From contig JAUCBJ010008054.1 in the NCBI GenBank assembly GCA_032718475.1, positions 1,331 to 65,330 on the forward strand: a DNA stretch of 64,000 bases, given 5' to 3'. Made by a program: the position numbers and the translations under genes. The stretch comes from Nemertoderma westbladi (lineage: Eukaryota; Animalia; Xenacoelomorpha). Below the pieces are notes generated by a model that was not told the DNA's origin, did not search any database, and was given only the letters and a program-made list of their open reading frames with translations. Positions 38,486 to 48,669 of this stretch are shown here, in pieces (position 1 is the first letter of the stretch; each line of letters starts with the position of its first letter).

Positions 38486-38980
38486 GGATATCCTTGGTGG
38501 AACGGACTCCGGATTCAATGATATCGACGGATCCTTGGCGGAACGGACCTCCGGATTCAGTGATATCGACGGATCCTTGACGGAACGGACTCCGGATTCA
38601 GTGATATCGACGGATCCTTGGCGGAACGGACTCCGGATTCAGTGATATCGACGGATCCTTGGCGGAACGGACTCTGGATTCAGTGATATCGACGGATCCT
38701 TGGTGGAATGGACTCCAGATTCAGTGATATCGACAGATCCTTGGCGGAACGGACTCCGGATTCAGTGATATCGACAGATCCTTGGCGGAACGGACTCCGG
38801 ATTCAGTGATATCGACGGATCCTTGGCGGAACGGACTCCGGATTCAGTGATATCGACGGATCCTTGGCGGAACGGACTCCGGATTCAGTGATATCGACGG
38901 ATCCTTGGCGGAACGGACTCCGGATTCAGTGATATCGACAGATCCTTGGCGGAACGGACTCCGGATTCAGTGATATCGAT
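38486..38980. repeat. 41-bp GC-rich tandem repeat, about 12 copies
   Basis: Unit GGATCCTTGGCGGAACGGACTCCGGATTCAGTGATATCGAC with no spacers. Confidence 0.95.
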
Positions 38981-41119
38981 GCGGCTGAAACTGAATGATC
39001 AATGTAACTGAAAACTCCCCGTGACGTCCCAACATTATAACAGATGATTTCTCTCAAAAATAAAACTGTAACCTAATCTATTGTGCTTAGTTTATTGTTT
39101 TGGTTAAAATAATGTGCCACTGTAACCTGCTCCTTTCCCTAAATTGAGAATTTAACATTGAGGCGGGATATTAATTCGCCAAGATGAGATTTGCGTCCAG
39201 TTACCCCCCTTGTCTCCAATTTTGGAACATTGAAGTGAACAGGGAAATTTTTGCAACTATTTATTATATTTCAATATTGGATAATAATTTCCTTTGTGCT
39301 CTGATGGATAGCCCATACAATTTTAGGAAAAGTCACAGAATCTCGGTTTTCACAACATATCTGTTTCAGAGATACCGATTAATTTCAAAAAAATTTAAAT
39401 GACCCTCACCCACCCACCCCCCCCCCCCCCCCCCAGGCCAAATAGCGTTAAAGAAGGCTGCGGTTGGTCTATATTATTACAGTTCAAATGGAATTCTGTT
39501 TCACTTTTGTATATTATATGTATACTGTATTACAGTACAATTTTACTTAAAGTTTGTGCAATGCAGTTCATTTGTTTAATAGGTGTTGTTGTTATTGTGA
39601 ACAATAACACTAGTTTTTAGGTGGTTAAGTTGTGCTGTACTGGCTACTACTACCTTGTGCTTAATAATATTCATGTTTTACACATAAATTATCTTCTTAA
39701 TTCGAACAATTGCATACCATGGGAACAATCCGGTGGTCGAATCAATGGATGACCAAATTAGTGTAGAGAATAACGATTTACAACGTTTAAAACAAACGTT
39801 TTCTTTGCATTAAAAAAACGTATATTTCCAAGCAATTTCGAAAGAACCGACGCATGATTCACGTTAGTTACACATGCTAGACACACGTTTAATTCAAACG
39901 TCATAAAGAACCGGCGATTGGGTAACGTTTGTTTCATGCTATTTACACGTTTACTTCTAAACGTTTATTACATGCCACCCGCTTGGACAAAATAACATGA
40001 AAATTACCTATTTCTGGACGTGTCGCAAATGTTTTTTCAAACGTTTGCCATGTTCAATAAAAATGTGATATAAACATTAAAATAACATGCAATTGTTATC
40101 AGGGACATTAATACTGCGGTACCGGTACTGCAGTACAACAACAGCGACAGTACAGCAGTACTGTATTGTTTGGGTAGGTGATCTAATCCCTATATGTGAG
40201 AGCCACGCGTACCTTCTAGGTTATGACAGCAGTATGCTAATCAAGGTTCGGGTAGACAGCAGTATCCTTATAGGTGAAAAAAAACAAATGCTATTGCATC
40301 AAATTACTGCTGTACTGATAAAGTAGATGACAGTTGTGGATAGGAGCTGCGAGGGTAGCTGTGAGGTTGACCGCTTCCCCGCAGTGTGGCTGACTGCGTA
40401 CACATCTGATTGTAACTGGCTCACGATATTGTATACATTGGCTTAGTTTGTTACTGCAGGTACTGTTACATTAATACTGTAGTACTGGTACTGCAGTACA
40501 ATGCTAATCAAAGGAAATCAGTATGCTGTATCTGACTATGCTGTTACAACAACAACGACAGTACTGCAGTACTGTATTGTTTGGGTAGGTGATCTAATCC
40601 CTGTATGTGAGACCCCTGCGTGTAATCCGGATCATGACAGCAGTATGCTATTGCTTCAGATTACTGCTGTACTGATACCAGTAGACTGTGACTACAGTGT
40701 TGGAAGAGTAAAACACTACCGGTACTGATAAAGCGGATGACAGTTGTGGTTAGGCCTATAATAAATTATTGAATTTATCAGTACCGGTACCAACAGGTTA
40801 ACACTACATCCTATACAGTTTATGTTGCATTTCTGACTAATATTACTAGTCAACTACTGTATGTGTTATTAGTTTGCGATGTATAGGATGTTTCGCAATA
40901 CCAGTACATCTATATTATAATGATATCGAGAATACTTACTGTACATGTTACGTCTACTTCATATTGTTAAATGTGTATGGTTAACCTAGCGCAATTGACT
41001 CTTTTTTAGAGAACTTGTTGTAAAAAAATTATATTTTATTATATTTTTATATTAACATCAAGATCATCACCAAAATAAAATTATATTATATCCCATCACA
41101 TTACAAGCTTACAGTAAAC

Positions 41120-41716
41120 CTACAGTACATCTTCCACCGCAGTTATTTCTTTCTGTTTATCATCATCAGTCGCAGTTAAACGCTTTCTCATGAAAAAGTG
41201 TAGCATCTCATACCCCCCAACGCGTTTTGCTGAGCAGTATCGCAGACAGTTATCCCTTATGTTTAAGTGGAACGCACATTTATTTTCCACTGTAGTAAAT
41301 TGATCGTGGAAGCGACAGGGGGTTAAATAATCATGATATTGCTTATATATTCCCAATTTCTCCACCGAATTTGGCGCGAGAACATCGAGTTGGGTGTTTA
41401 ATATTGCCCGCTTCATCAACCCAAATACATGTATATTTTTTTTATATTTTAAATGTCTCTTCATGTATTTTTTAAAGTCATCTTGCGAAATGTCACCGTA
41501 ATCCCAAGGTAAATGCGAAGTCATGTCTCGTAAATTGTTTACGTGAGCTACATCTAAAGCTGATAACTTAATATTAGGTGGGCCTTTAATTAAAAACGTC
41601 TTTACATTAGTTTTGGTGTAATTAGAATCGAATATAGCAAATTCTTTAAATACTACCGGATACTCTTTATTGTCTATCTTATAATATTGAAAATCAACAA
41701 AAATAATATTATCCAT
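41120..41716 (-). CDS. Polinton accessory protein with a DEDD-exonuclease/Maelstrom-like fold
   Basis: IIFVDFQ..VFKEFAI..HLPWDYGD..CAFH..CSAK; directly downstream of adenain; homologue at 56976-57200. Confidence 0.6.
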   Translation of the reverse strand: MDNIIFVDFQYYKIDNKEYPVVFKEFAIFDSNYTKTNVKTFLIKGPPNIKLSALDVAHVNNLRDMTSHLPWDYGDISQDDFKKYMKRHLKYKKNIHVFGLMKRAILNTQLDVLAPNSVEKLGIYKQYHDYLTPCRFHDQFTTVENKCAFHLNIRDNCLRYCSAKRVGGYEMLHFFMRKRLTATDDDKQKEITAVEDVL

Positions 41717-41747
41717 TTTATCTGATAAACAAAAGCTAAATGATTAA

Positions 41748-42200
41748 TTACAACGCTTGTTGGTTTATTTTATAATAATTAACAAGCCATTTATATAATA
41801 TTATTTCATTTATTTCCACATTATTTGTAAACGCACTCATTGGATAGTTTGTGTGAATTCGATTTACCAAGTAATAAAGACAGTATAGGCCGCATGTGGT
41901 CCTCCTTGGGTCTTGAAATTGTTTGCGAGTAGTACGCCATCTTGCGGAATTTTTCTCAAGCCATTTTTCGATGCATCTGTTTGGATATTTTGATCCGAAT
42001 GAATCAAATAATTCAGCCTCATTATCTCGTATATATATTGCGATCCAATGAATCCCGGGCAGATGCTCTTTATCGGTATTTACTATTAACCCATAATCTC
42101 TTCGCTTATTATTATCTAATTTAGGTAATTTATTAGCTGGAAACACACCCAAATAGTGACCACCCACTGGAAACATATCAAGGTCCTCTGTAGATAACAT
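41748..42200 (-). CDS. Polinton adenain-like cysteine protease
   Basis: IVNTD..PGIHW..FDSFG..Q....TCGLYC (His-Asp-Gln-Cys catalytic set). Confidence 0.93.
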   Translation of the reverse strand: MLSTEDLDMFPVGGHYLGVFPANKLPKLDNNKRRDYGLIVNTDKEHLPGIHWIAIYIRDNEAELFDSFGSKYPNRCIEKWLEKNSARWRTTRKQFQDPRRTTCGLYCLYYLVNRIHTNYPMSAFTNNVEINEIILYKWLVNYYKINQQAL

Positions 42201-42202
42201 AC

Positions 42203-43462
42203 TTAATTGATATGTATTTCTTTCCTGCTATTTAAACTTAATGATTGATCATAAATATTAAAAACGATTACATTTATGGTTTCAACCAACGGTTCGGCAA
42301 ATCTTAATTTTAATTGGCCGTTAGTATATATCAACGGTTGCGGATCTCTAACATAGCCGTCAGCGGTTAAGTCCCAGGATAGGAGGGGGCAATTACCTAA
42401 GTAGGTTTCATGGTCTATATTATTACCTCCATAACCGTTAATATATGTATTAATGTTCTTCATTAATTGAGTATACTCAAAAATATATGTTCCATCTGTA
42501 AAATTAGGCTCGTATATTACACCACCTACTGGAAGACCGTCTACAATCAGTTCCGCGCGTCTAAGGTTAAAATGTTCAAATTTCAAGGGATTGCTAATTA
42601 ATTCTCCCGAATAAGCGTTATTTGTTATGAAGCCGATAATAACTAATTTGGGTTTTTTACCATCAAATATGTTTGTTTGGGTGTAATTTGTGGTTTGAGC
42701 GGGAATAGTAAATGTTGTAACCTCCTTTTTTTGGAATTGATATTCAATATCGTAACTCTCTAAACCTTTTACGTGACTGCTTTCTATTACAGGATTAACC
42801 TCCATTCTTGGGATTAGGATCTTTATTTCATCTAATTCTAGCCGAAGATTTGTCACCGCGTTTGCGTTTGGAGTGATTTTAAAAATAAACGAATTTGATA
42901 CTTTTCTAAAATGCATTCTTAAATCATACCCGGGTTGTATTATTTTGCTTTCAGTATCAAAATCAATCATCAATCCACTTACAAATTGCATTTGTTTACT
43001 AAAGGCATCGCCAATAGGATGCGCGCCGGGATCAATTTCATTTCCGTGTTCAGATAAAGGCTGATGAAAGCCACCCGCACCCAGTAGCCCATTTTTATCC
43101 TCGTAAGTTGTAAATAATAAATTGGATAAGTACGACTTGTAGAAATAATGGTTATTGCTATTTTCAACCTGCTTCTCATTAAGGTCTATTTTAATATCAC
43201 TCCACATAGTTTCAGCGGGGTAATTCAGCATATATATATGGGAATTTTCAAGTCGTCTATCCCACCGTACAGTACATTTTGTAATTAATAACGCATCTTG
43301 CAGTTTCGTATAGAATTCATTGGATCTCGGTACAAGGAACGTGACTTCCCTAGACTCACTTCTGAGATTAGATACGGGGTAAATTGTTTCATAATGCTTT
43401 GCTTTAAATTCAGTCTGTATTGGCTGTGTAGAAAATAAATCTAATTCCTTAATAATTGACAT
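42203..43462 (-). CDS. Polinton major capsid protein (hexon, double jelly-roll; F54H12.2-like)
   Basis: KELDLFS..IQT..IYPV, Y.YKSYL..LL, PKLVIIGF..N.AYSG...NPLKFEHFNL, WDLT; 419 aa; located between the core and protease genes. Confidence 0.9.
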   Translation of the reverse strand: MSIIKELDLFSTQPIQTEFKAKHYETIYPVSNLRSESREVTFLVPRSNEFYTKLQDALLITKCTVRWDRRLENSHIYMLNYPAETMWSDIKIDLNEKQVENSNNHYFYKSYLSNLLFTTYEDKNGLLGAGGFHQPLSEHGNEIDPGAHPIGDAFSKQMQFVSGLMIDFDTESKIIQPGYDLRMHFRKVSNSFIFKITPNANAVTNLRLELDEIKILIPRMEVNPVIESSHVKGLESYDIEYQFQKKEVTTFTIPAQTTNYTQTNIFDGKKPKLVIIGFITNNAYSGELISNPLKFEHFNLRRAELIVDGLPVGGVIYEPNFTDGTYIFEYTQLMKNINTYINGYGGNNIDHETYLGNCPLLSWDLTADGYVRDPQPLIYTNGQLKLRFAEPLVETINVIVFNIYDQSLSLNSRKEIHIN

Positions 43463-43464
43463 TA

Positions 43465-44025
43465 TTAAAAAATACTTTTTTCGCAGTGTTTCAGTTTGCC
43501 TTTTATATTTCTCTTTTTACTACGTCGATGATGTATGTTCATAGACATTGGTCTAGTGGGTCGCTTTAAATCTCTATAAACTTTTTCTACAACTGACCTT
43601 GTTGACGGTTTCATTTTATTTAATGCTTTATTAATAACCGTATTAGCCTGCTGATGTAAGACCCGCTTACCTTTTGGTATTACGTGTTGTCTCATAAATT
43701 TTGTGGTAAATGGAAAAGCTTTTTGTAAAACTTTTTTAGCTAATGGCTTACCAAATTTTTTCAATGTCGATAAAGCGTCTGTAAATATACCTTCTCCGTG
43801 TTGATTTGCCCGCATACCTCTAGGATAACGTTGAAAACGACGTTGTTTTAAGTTTGGACCAAATGAGCCAATTTGTTGACCGTAAGGGTCAATATATAAA
43901 CCACCTCGAAAAACAGGAACTTGCGTCGAGCCTCTCGTACTTCTACCACCTTTAAAAACAGCAAGATTCGAGTCTGCACCACCATATTGAGGTTTACTGT
44001 ATCTTTGAAATAAATCAGAATCCAT
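43465..44025 (-). CDS. Polinton basic core/pX-like protein with protease sites and an amphipathic helix
   Basis: xxGG and QHGEG motifs, then IFTDALSTLKKFGKPLAKKVLQKAF and a K/R-rich tail. Confidence 0.75.
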   Translation of the reverse strand: MDSDLFQRYSKPQYGGADSNLAVFKGGRSTRGSTQVPVFRGGLYIDPYGQQIGSFGPNLKQRRFQRYPRGMRANQHGEGIFTDALSTLKKFGKPLAKKVLQKAFPFTTKFMRQHVIPKGKRVLHQQANTVINKALNKMKPSTRSVVEKVYRDLKRPTRPMSMNIHHRRSKKRNIKGKLKHCEKSIF

Positions 44026-44026
44026 T

Positions 44027-44764
44027 TTAATTTATTCGTTTAAAGTGTAATGTAATAGATATTGTCCCGTATTCAAAATTCAAATCTTTTCCTTCTTTGT
44101 CTGTTATTTCAATATGAATGTATGTTATCTTATATGATTTTTTTACAGGGATATAATGAATTGTATCCTTGACAAATTCTTTATTTATTACGCTACCATA
44201 TTTCACGTCATCAGGTATCGCAACACGACGAAGTAAAGCTAAACCAAAGTCATTAATATATTGATTTTCAATTATATTAGTTGTCACGTACATGTTCGAC
44301 TTAGGTTCTGGAATAGAATTGGGTGGTTGAGGGCATAAAAATACCATCTGGTAAGCTTTTTCTCCAATTCCGATAACCTTTATTAAATAACCCTTTATAT
44401 TATTTTTCGTCTTCAAAATAATTTTAAAATTTGGATTTAAATTCGCGCCGAGATTATTTTCAGTAATTCCAAAATAATAGGCTAATTGTTGACCTATAAA
44501 TAAATACTGTAGAACAAACCGTATGGAAGTGTATCCTCAAAATTTTTTTTCCCTTTTTTTAATAAAATAACATTCTCTACATTGTTATACATGGACGGCA
44601 ACGTTGCTAAGTAAAATATACTTTTTATACCTACCACCCAGTTTTCGTTTGGGTTTATAGGTAGGTAAGGCGCCATGGAAATTGATCTGATAACTACTAG
44701 CGCTATTGCGGGGAAAATCAATTGGACAGGAGTTACTCGGTAGTCTTACGTAGAATTCATCCAT
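44027..44764 (-). pseudogene. Polinton minor capsid (penton) paralogue 2, disrupted
   Basis: MDEFYVRLPSNS..FPRN start, NWVVGIKSI, MYVTTNII..LLRRV..HYIPV..TISITLHFK end; split over three ORFs. Confidence 0.85.
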
Positions 44765-45629
44765 CACCGCCACCCCGTATTAACTTAAGTGTTATAACAG
44801 TGCGACCTCCGCTAAAATTAATTAATTCGCCTTGTCCGTCATGTAAAGTAATTAAGATTGTTTTTAGTTTTTTATTCAACAATGGGTAATAGCAAATGCT
44901 CTCGTATTCGTGATTAATATATTTTCGATTTAATTGCGTTAAAGGGCAGGTTCTTAAGAGCGGAGCTAAAGCGTCACCAACAAATGAGCTCTTAATAATA
45001 TCTGTATATATAAAGATAGTGTCTTTATTACGTGTTATATTCGTGGGAGCTGGAAAATCTAAAATGCCAATTTCCGAAATTTTTGGTCCGCTATAATTTA
45101 AAATTAATATCAGCTGTTCTATATTGCTTAATTCATCTACTGTAGTGGTACTGTATATATCCCAATTCGGAATATCCGGATGATTCTGATCCAATAACGG
45201 TTTTAAGCCTAGAAATTGTATTAAATCACCACGTAGACTTAATTGTATTTTTTTCAACTTTTTAGGAAATTTAAATTTAATTCTAGAATTATTTGTATTA
45301 AAAATGAATTCGAAATCTCTATATTTCGCTTCAGAATTAAACAGTTTATTTATATCATCAATAATCACTTGAATAGAGCTATGCATACCAGGAAATAAAC
45401 TATATAATTTGGCATCTTTTGCATATACCCCGATTGACAGCGAGATTTGAGTTTGCAGCGTAATATTACTGTATGTTGCTTGGTATTGAAGCTCAGCCAA
45501 ACCAATTTTAGCGTTTGGACCAATATATAATTCTTCGGCTAAATCAACAGTAAACTCACTAGGATTATTATTGGGGTAAGTGTTTAATGAGCTATCTTAA
45601 AGTAGAGTGATATATGTATCTGTGGCCAT
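44757..45629 (-). pseudogene. Polinton minor capsid (penton) paralogue 1, with a stop at codon 11
   Basis: MATDTYITLL*DSSLNTYPNNNPSEF (TAA at 45597-45599, where a Ser is expected) is in frame with the 247-aa ORF containing IFIYTDII..VGDALAPLLR..YYPL..GRTVITLKL. Confidence 0.88.
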
Positions 45630-45873
45630 TATTATTATTATTATTTAAGCTCTCTCTACTTGACTCCATTGTACATACAGTATAATGTTAAATTATAGAC
45701 ATCTGTGACCACGTTCATTGTCGCATCTTCTACAGTATATGCGAGGGATCAATATTTTACTGACTTTATTTAAAGCGGATGAACTATAGATATAGTAATA
45801 TCATTCGAGTTAATATTGATTAATTACGGTCATATGCGACCAAAATGAATTAACATACAGTATAAACCTAAGC

Positions 45874-46378
45874 TTATTGAATATGCTGTACCCACGACTG
45901 TTTCTTGGATCCGATGAATCGGACTAAATATTCTTTCTTCCCATTGCGTACACGTTCTTTAAGTTTGCCAATATTTTTGTCAATTGGTAGATAAATATTA
46001 CTATTCGGGTGGACCTTTTGGAGTTCGTGAGAATAAAATGCGCCATTTATTATAGCTCCAGCGCTGTCCTTAATATCGAACATTACCGCTGGTACTCTAT
46101 CCAACCTGACACGATGAATAATAAATAATTCACGTGTCCATTGTTCTCGATAGCCTTTAGCAAAAGCAGTACGAGCGATAGATAATCGTACTGTATCTCC
46201 AACTTTAAATTTTATTTTCTTGTGATTAATCTGTCTATATTTACCATATAATATATTCATTAATTCAGTTTCATTAAATTTATTAACATCAATGGGAGTC
46301 ATTTGTATTGTCCTATGATATGACCTATTATAAGCTGAGATAAGCTTAGGTAAAATTTTTATCCAAACATTATTTCCC
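45874..46378 (-). pseudogene. Polinton retroviral-like integrase, C-terminal part only
   Basis: WIKILPKLISAYNRSYHRTIQMTP..FKVGDTVRLS..FAKGYREQWTRELF..GAFYSHELQ..EYLVRFIG; the catalytic core is removed at the junction. Confidence 0.88.
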
Positions 46379-48669
46379 CGTTGCGTGGTATCCTTAGCGT
46401 TCGCTCCACCGATATTGCTAAGAGATTTTATCTGGTAAAAAATAAAAGTAAGAAAATTAAGTTTATAAGTTTGTATAAGTAATAGTTAGTGAGACTGAGA
46501 ACTATGGAGTTGATGTAACCATCGAGCTTAACTACCGTATTTCTTCGACTAAGAGCCTGGACGTTTAAATTCAAGAAAACAAGTTAAACAAATGAAATAA
46601 TTCAAATAAAAACAGGATTACCGTTATTACAATGCAGCCTATTACAGCGGTACAACACCTCAGAGTTGGACAGGACACAGGCCGGTTTTTCACGGCCCGA
46701 GCCCGTTAATATATATTAATGATAAAATCGTGTGCTAGTGGCATCGCTCACTAATCGTGGCTCGCCCCACATTGTATTATTATTAAATGCCGGGGAGTTT
46801 ATTCGGGGAAGGGGTTTAAGTTGCTAATTTGATGGTAAGGGGGGGGGGGGGGGGTGGGGGGGATTAATAAAAACTTTAATATGACTTACCAAGTTTGATT
46901 TGAACTTGTCGTCATCATGTAATTGTTCTTCCAGCTCATTGACCTCTTCAATACGGCTCATGGGGAACTTTGGGATATAGCCTGATTCTGCTGCAGAGGA
47001 GTCGCCGTCTATGATTCTCTCAATTTTAATACCAAGTTCGACTTGTCGCTCCCCTTGCCTTTTCAGCTCCTGCTGAAGACACTCTAATTTGCTAAGAAGC
47101 TTCTTACCCAGAGCTAAAATTCAACAATTACAAATATTAATAAATATATATGAATATTTTTTAAGCCCCTCTTTTTTATTTTTAAGTCGGATTGAAATAC
47201 GCCATGAAATAAAGTAACAGTATTCTAACTTGAATTGGTAACATTGTTTCAAAGTATAATATTTAACTCTTGCACACTGTGGAATTGTTGGTTGAATTGG
47301 TAACATTGTATCAACGTATAATATTTAACAAAAATACAATTATGTTCATTGTCGTTGAATTTTAACGTTGAGGAAACAGTAACATTTCAGAAAAATTTAA
47401 ACTAGTTATTGCAGTTAATTTGTTAACGTTACACAAACGCATAATATTCAACGCATACAGTTTAATGAATACAATACATACATTTAAATAACGCAAAATA
47501 AACTAGGCATCATGGTTAAAGTTCTTACATTGTATCAATGTTAGTCCTTGATATAAAACTAAACTAGGAAACTAAAAGGCATGGTAGATTTTCTGGTAAT
47601 TGTAAACTTGTAATAATGATGTATAAGGATGAACTTACACTCCATAATTAGCACGGGTGAGGTCGGATTATAATTGGCCAGATGTTGTTGTTGTTCAATG
47701 GGCGTCACGGCAATTATCTCAGCGTCTGATCCACCCCGAGTTCTTGGAGTGGTGTTTATACCTGTTGGTGGCGGTGTTGGATGATCCGGTGCTCCAGGAA
47801 GTTCCATTTCACCATTAGTATCGTCGGATTCGCTATCGCCATCAAATCGTGGTGGGGGTCTATATCAAAATTAATATTAACGTTGATGTTACGGTAATAG
47901 AAAAATAGCATAAAAATTGATGAAAATGACGATTTAAAATGTTATGGGTGTGCACTGTGCAGTAGCCTCCTACTACAAGTAAAGACAAACATTTTGTTAC
48001 ATGCACTCTTAATGTTGAATACACATTGTATTTTCATATAGAATGTACCATAACTTTAAATTAAATTAAAAATTAAGTAGTTATATGTACAATTTATTTA
48101 TAAAGTTTTATATATAAACTAAGTAGATATATATATATACAACAGAACATATAACCGTACTACCGGTAGTTAGGACTCCGGGAGGTTTAGACTAGGTTGA
48201 AGTGGGAGGAACAAAGATAGGCCTACCGGTATGGTAGGCCTATATATGATATCAGGTCAGGATATAGGCAGACAACCAAATGGCTGAATGGTTCAGTACC
48301 GCTAGCCTAATCATCTAACCTAACAGCTAACCTTGCATCACGTTTCCTTTTGCGATGATTGCCGGTAGTAGATTGTTGACCTCCTCCTTCGGACTCAAGC
48401 GCCCTATTGTTTTCAGCCAGTTTTTGGTATTTAATTACATCTCCATACGTGCAGCCTCTCCGTATGATAACAACTGGGTATAGGTCCCAATTCTTTTCTG
48501 GTTGGGTGTAATTTTTGATGGCATTCGATACATTTTTTGGAGGCCAATAGCATTCCGCAAGAGGTCGCTCATCCACATCATTTGTTTCGAGTATTCTAGT
48601 TAGCCATGTTTGTGGGACAGCGGCTAACGCATTATCCTCATCCACAAACTCGACAAGAGAATAATACAT
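45874..48669 (-). CDS. Predicted four-exon chimeric gene: CMC-transposon accessory (DUF4806-type) protein fused to the Polinton integrase C-terminus, 446 aa
   Basis: Exons 48669-48332, 47859-47639, 47113-46890 and 46431-45874; all introns GT-AG; phases 2/1/0 compatible; no stops; motifs LVEF..VPQTWL..CYWPP and FPM..EEVNELEEQL..LSNIGG. Confidence 0.6.

Larger units (their letters stand above)
34843..40104. mobile_element. CACTA/CMC-like non-autonomous DNA transposon (5.3 kb)
   Basis: Termini CCCTGCTAAC / GTTATCAGGG with a 2-bp AC TSD; the empty site CTGTTACATTAATACTG is preserved in sister repeats at about 34674 and 40463; many AAACATGTT/AAACGTTT subterminal motifs. Confidence 0.8.

Noticed and set aside
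38486-38980. CRISPR-like array (41-bp palindrome-rich repeat)
   Set aside because: Units abut with no unique spacers; no cas genes; eukaryotic context
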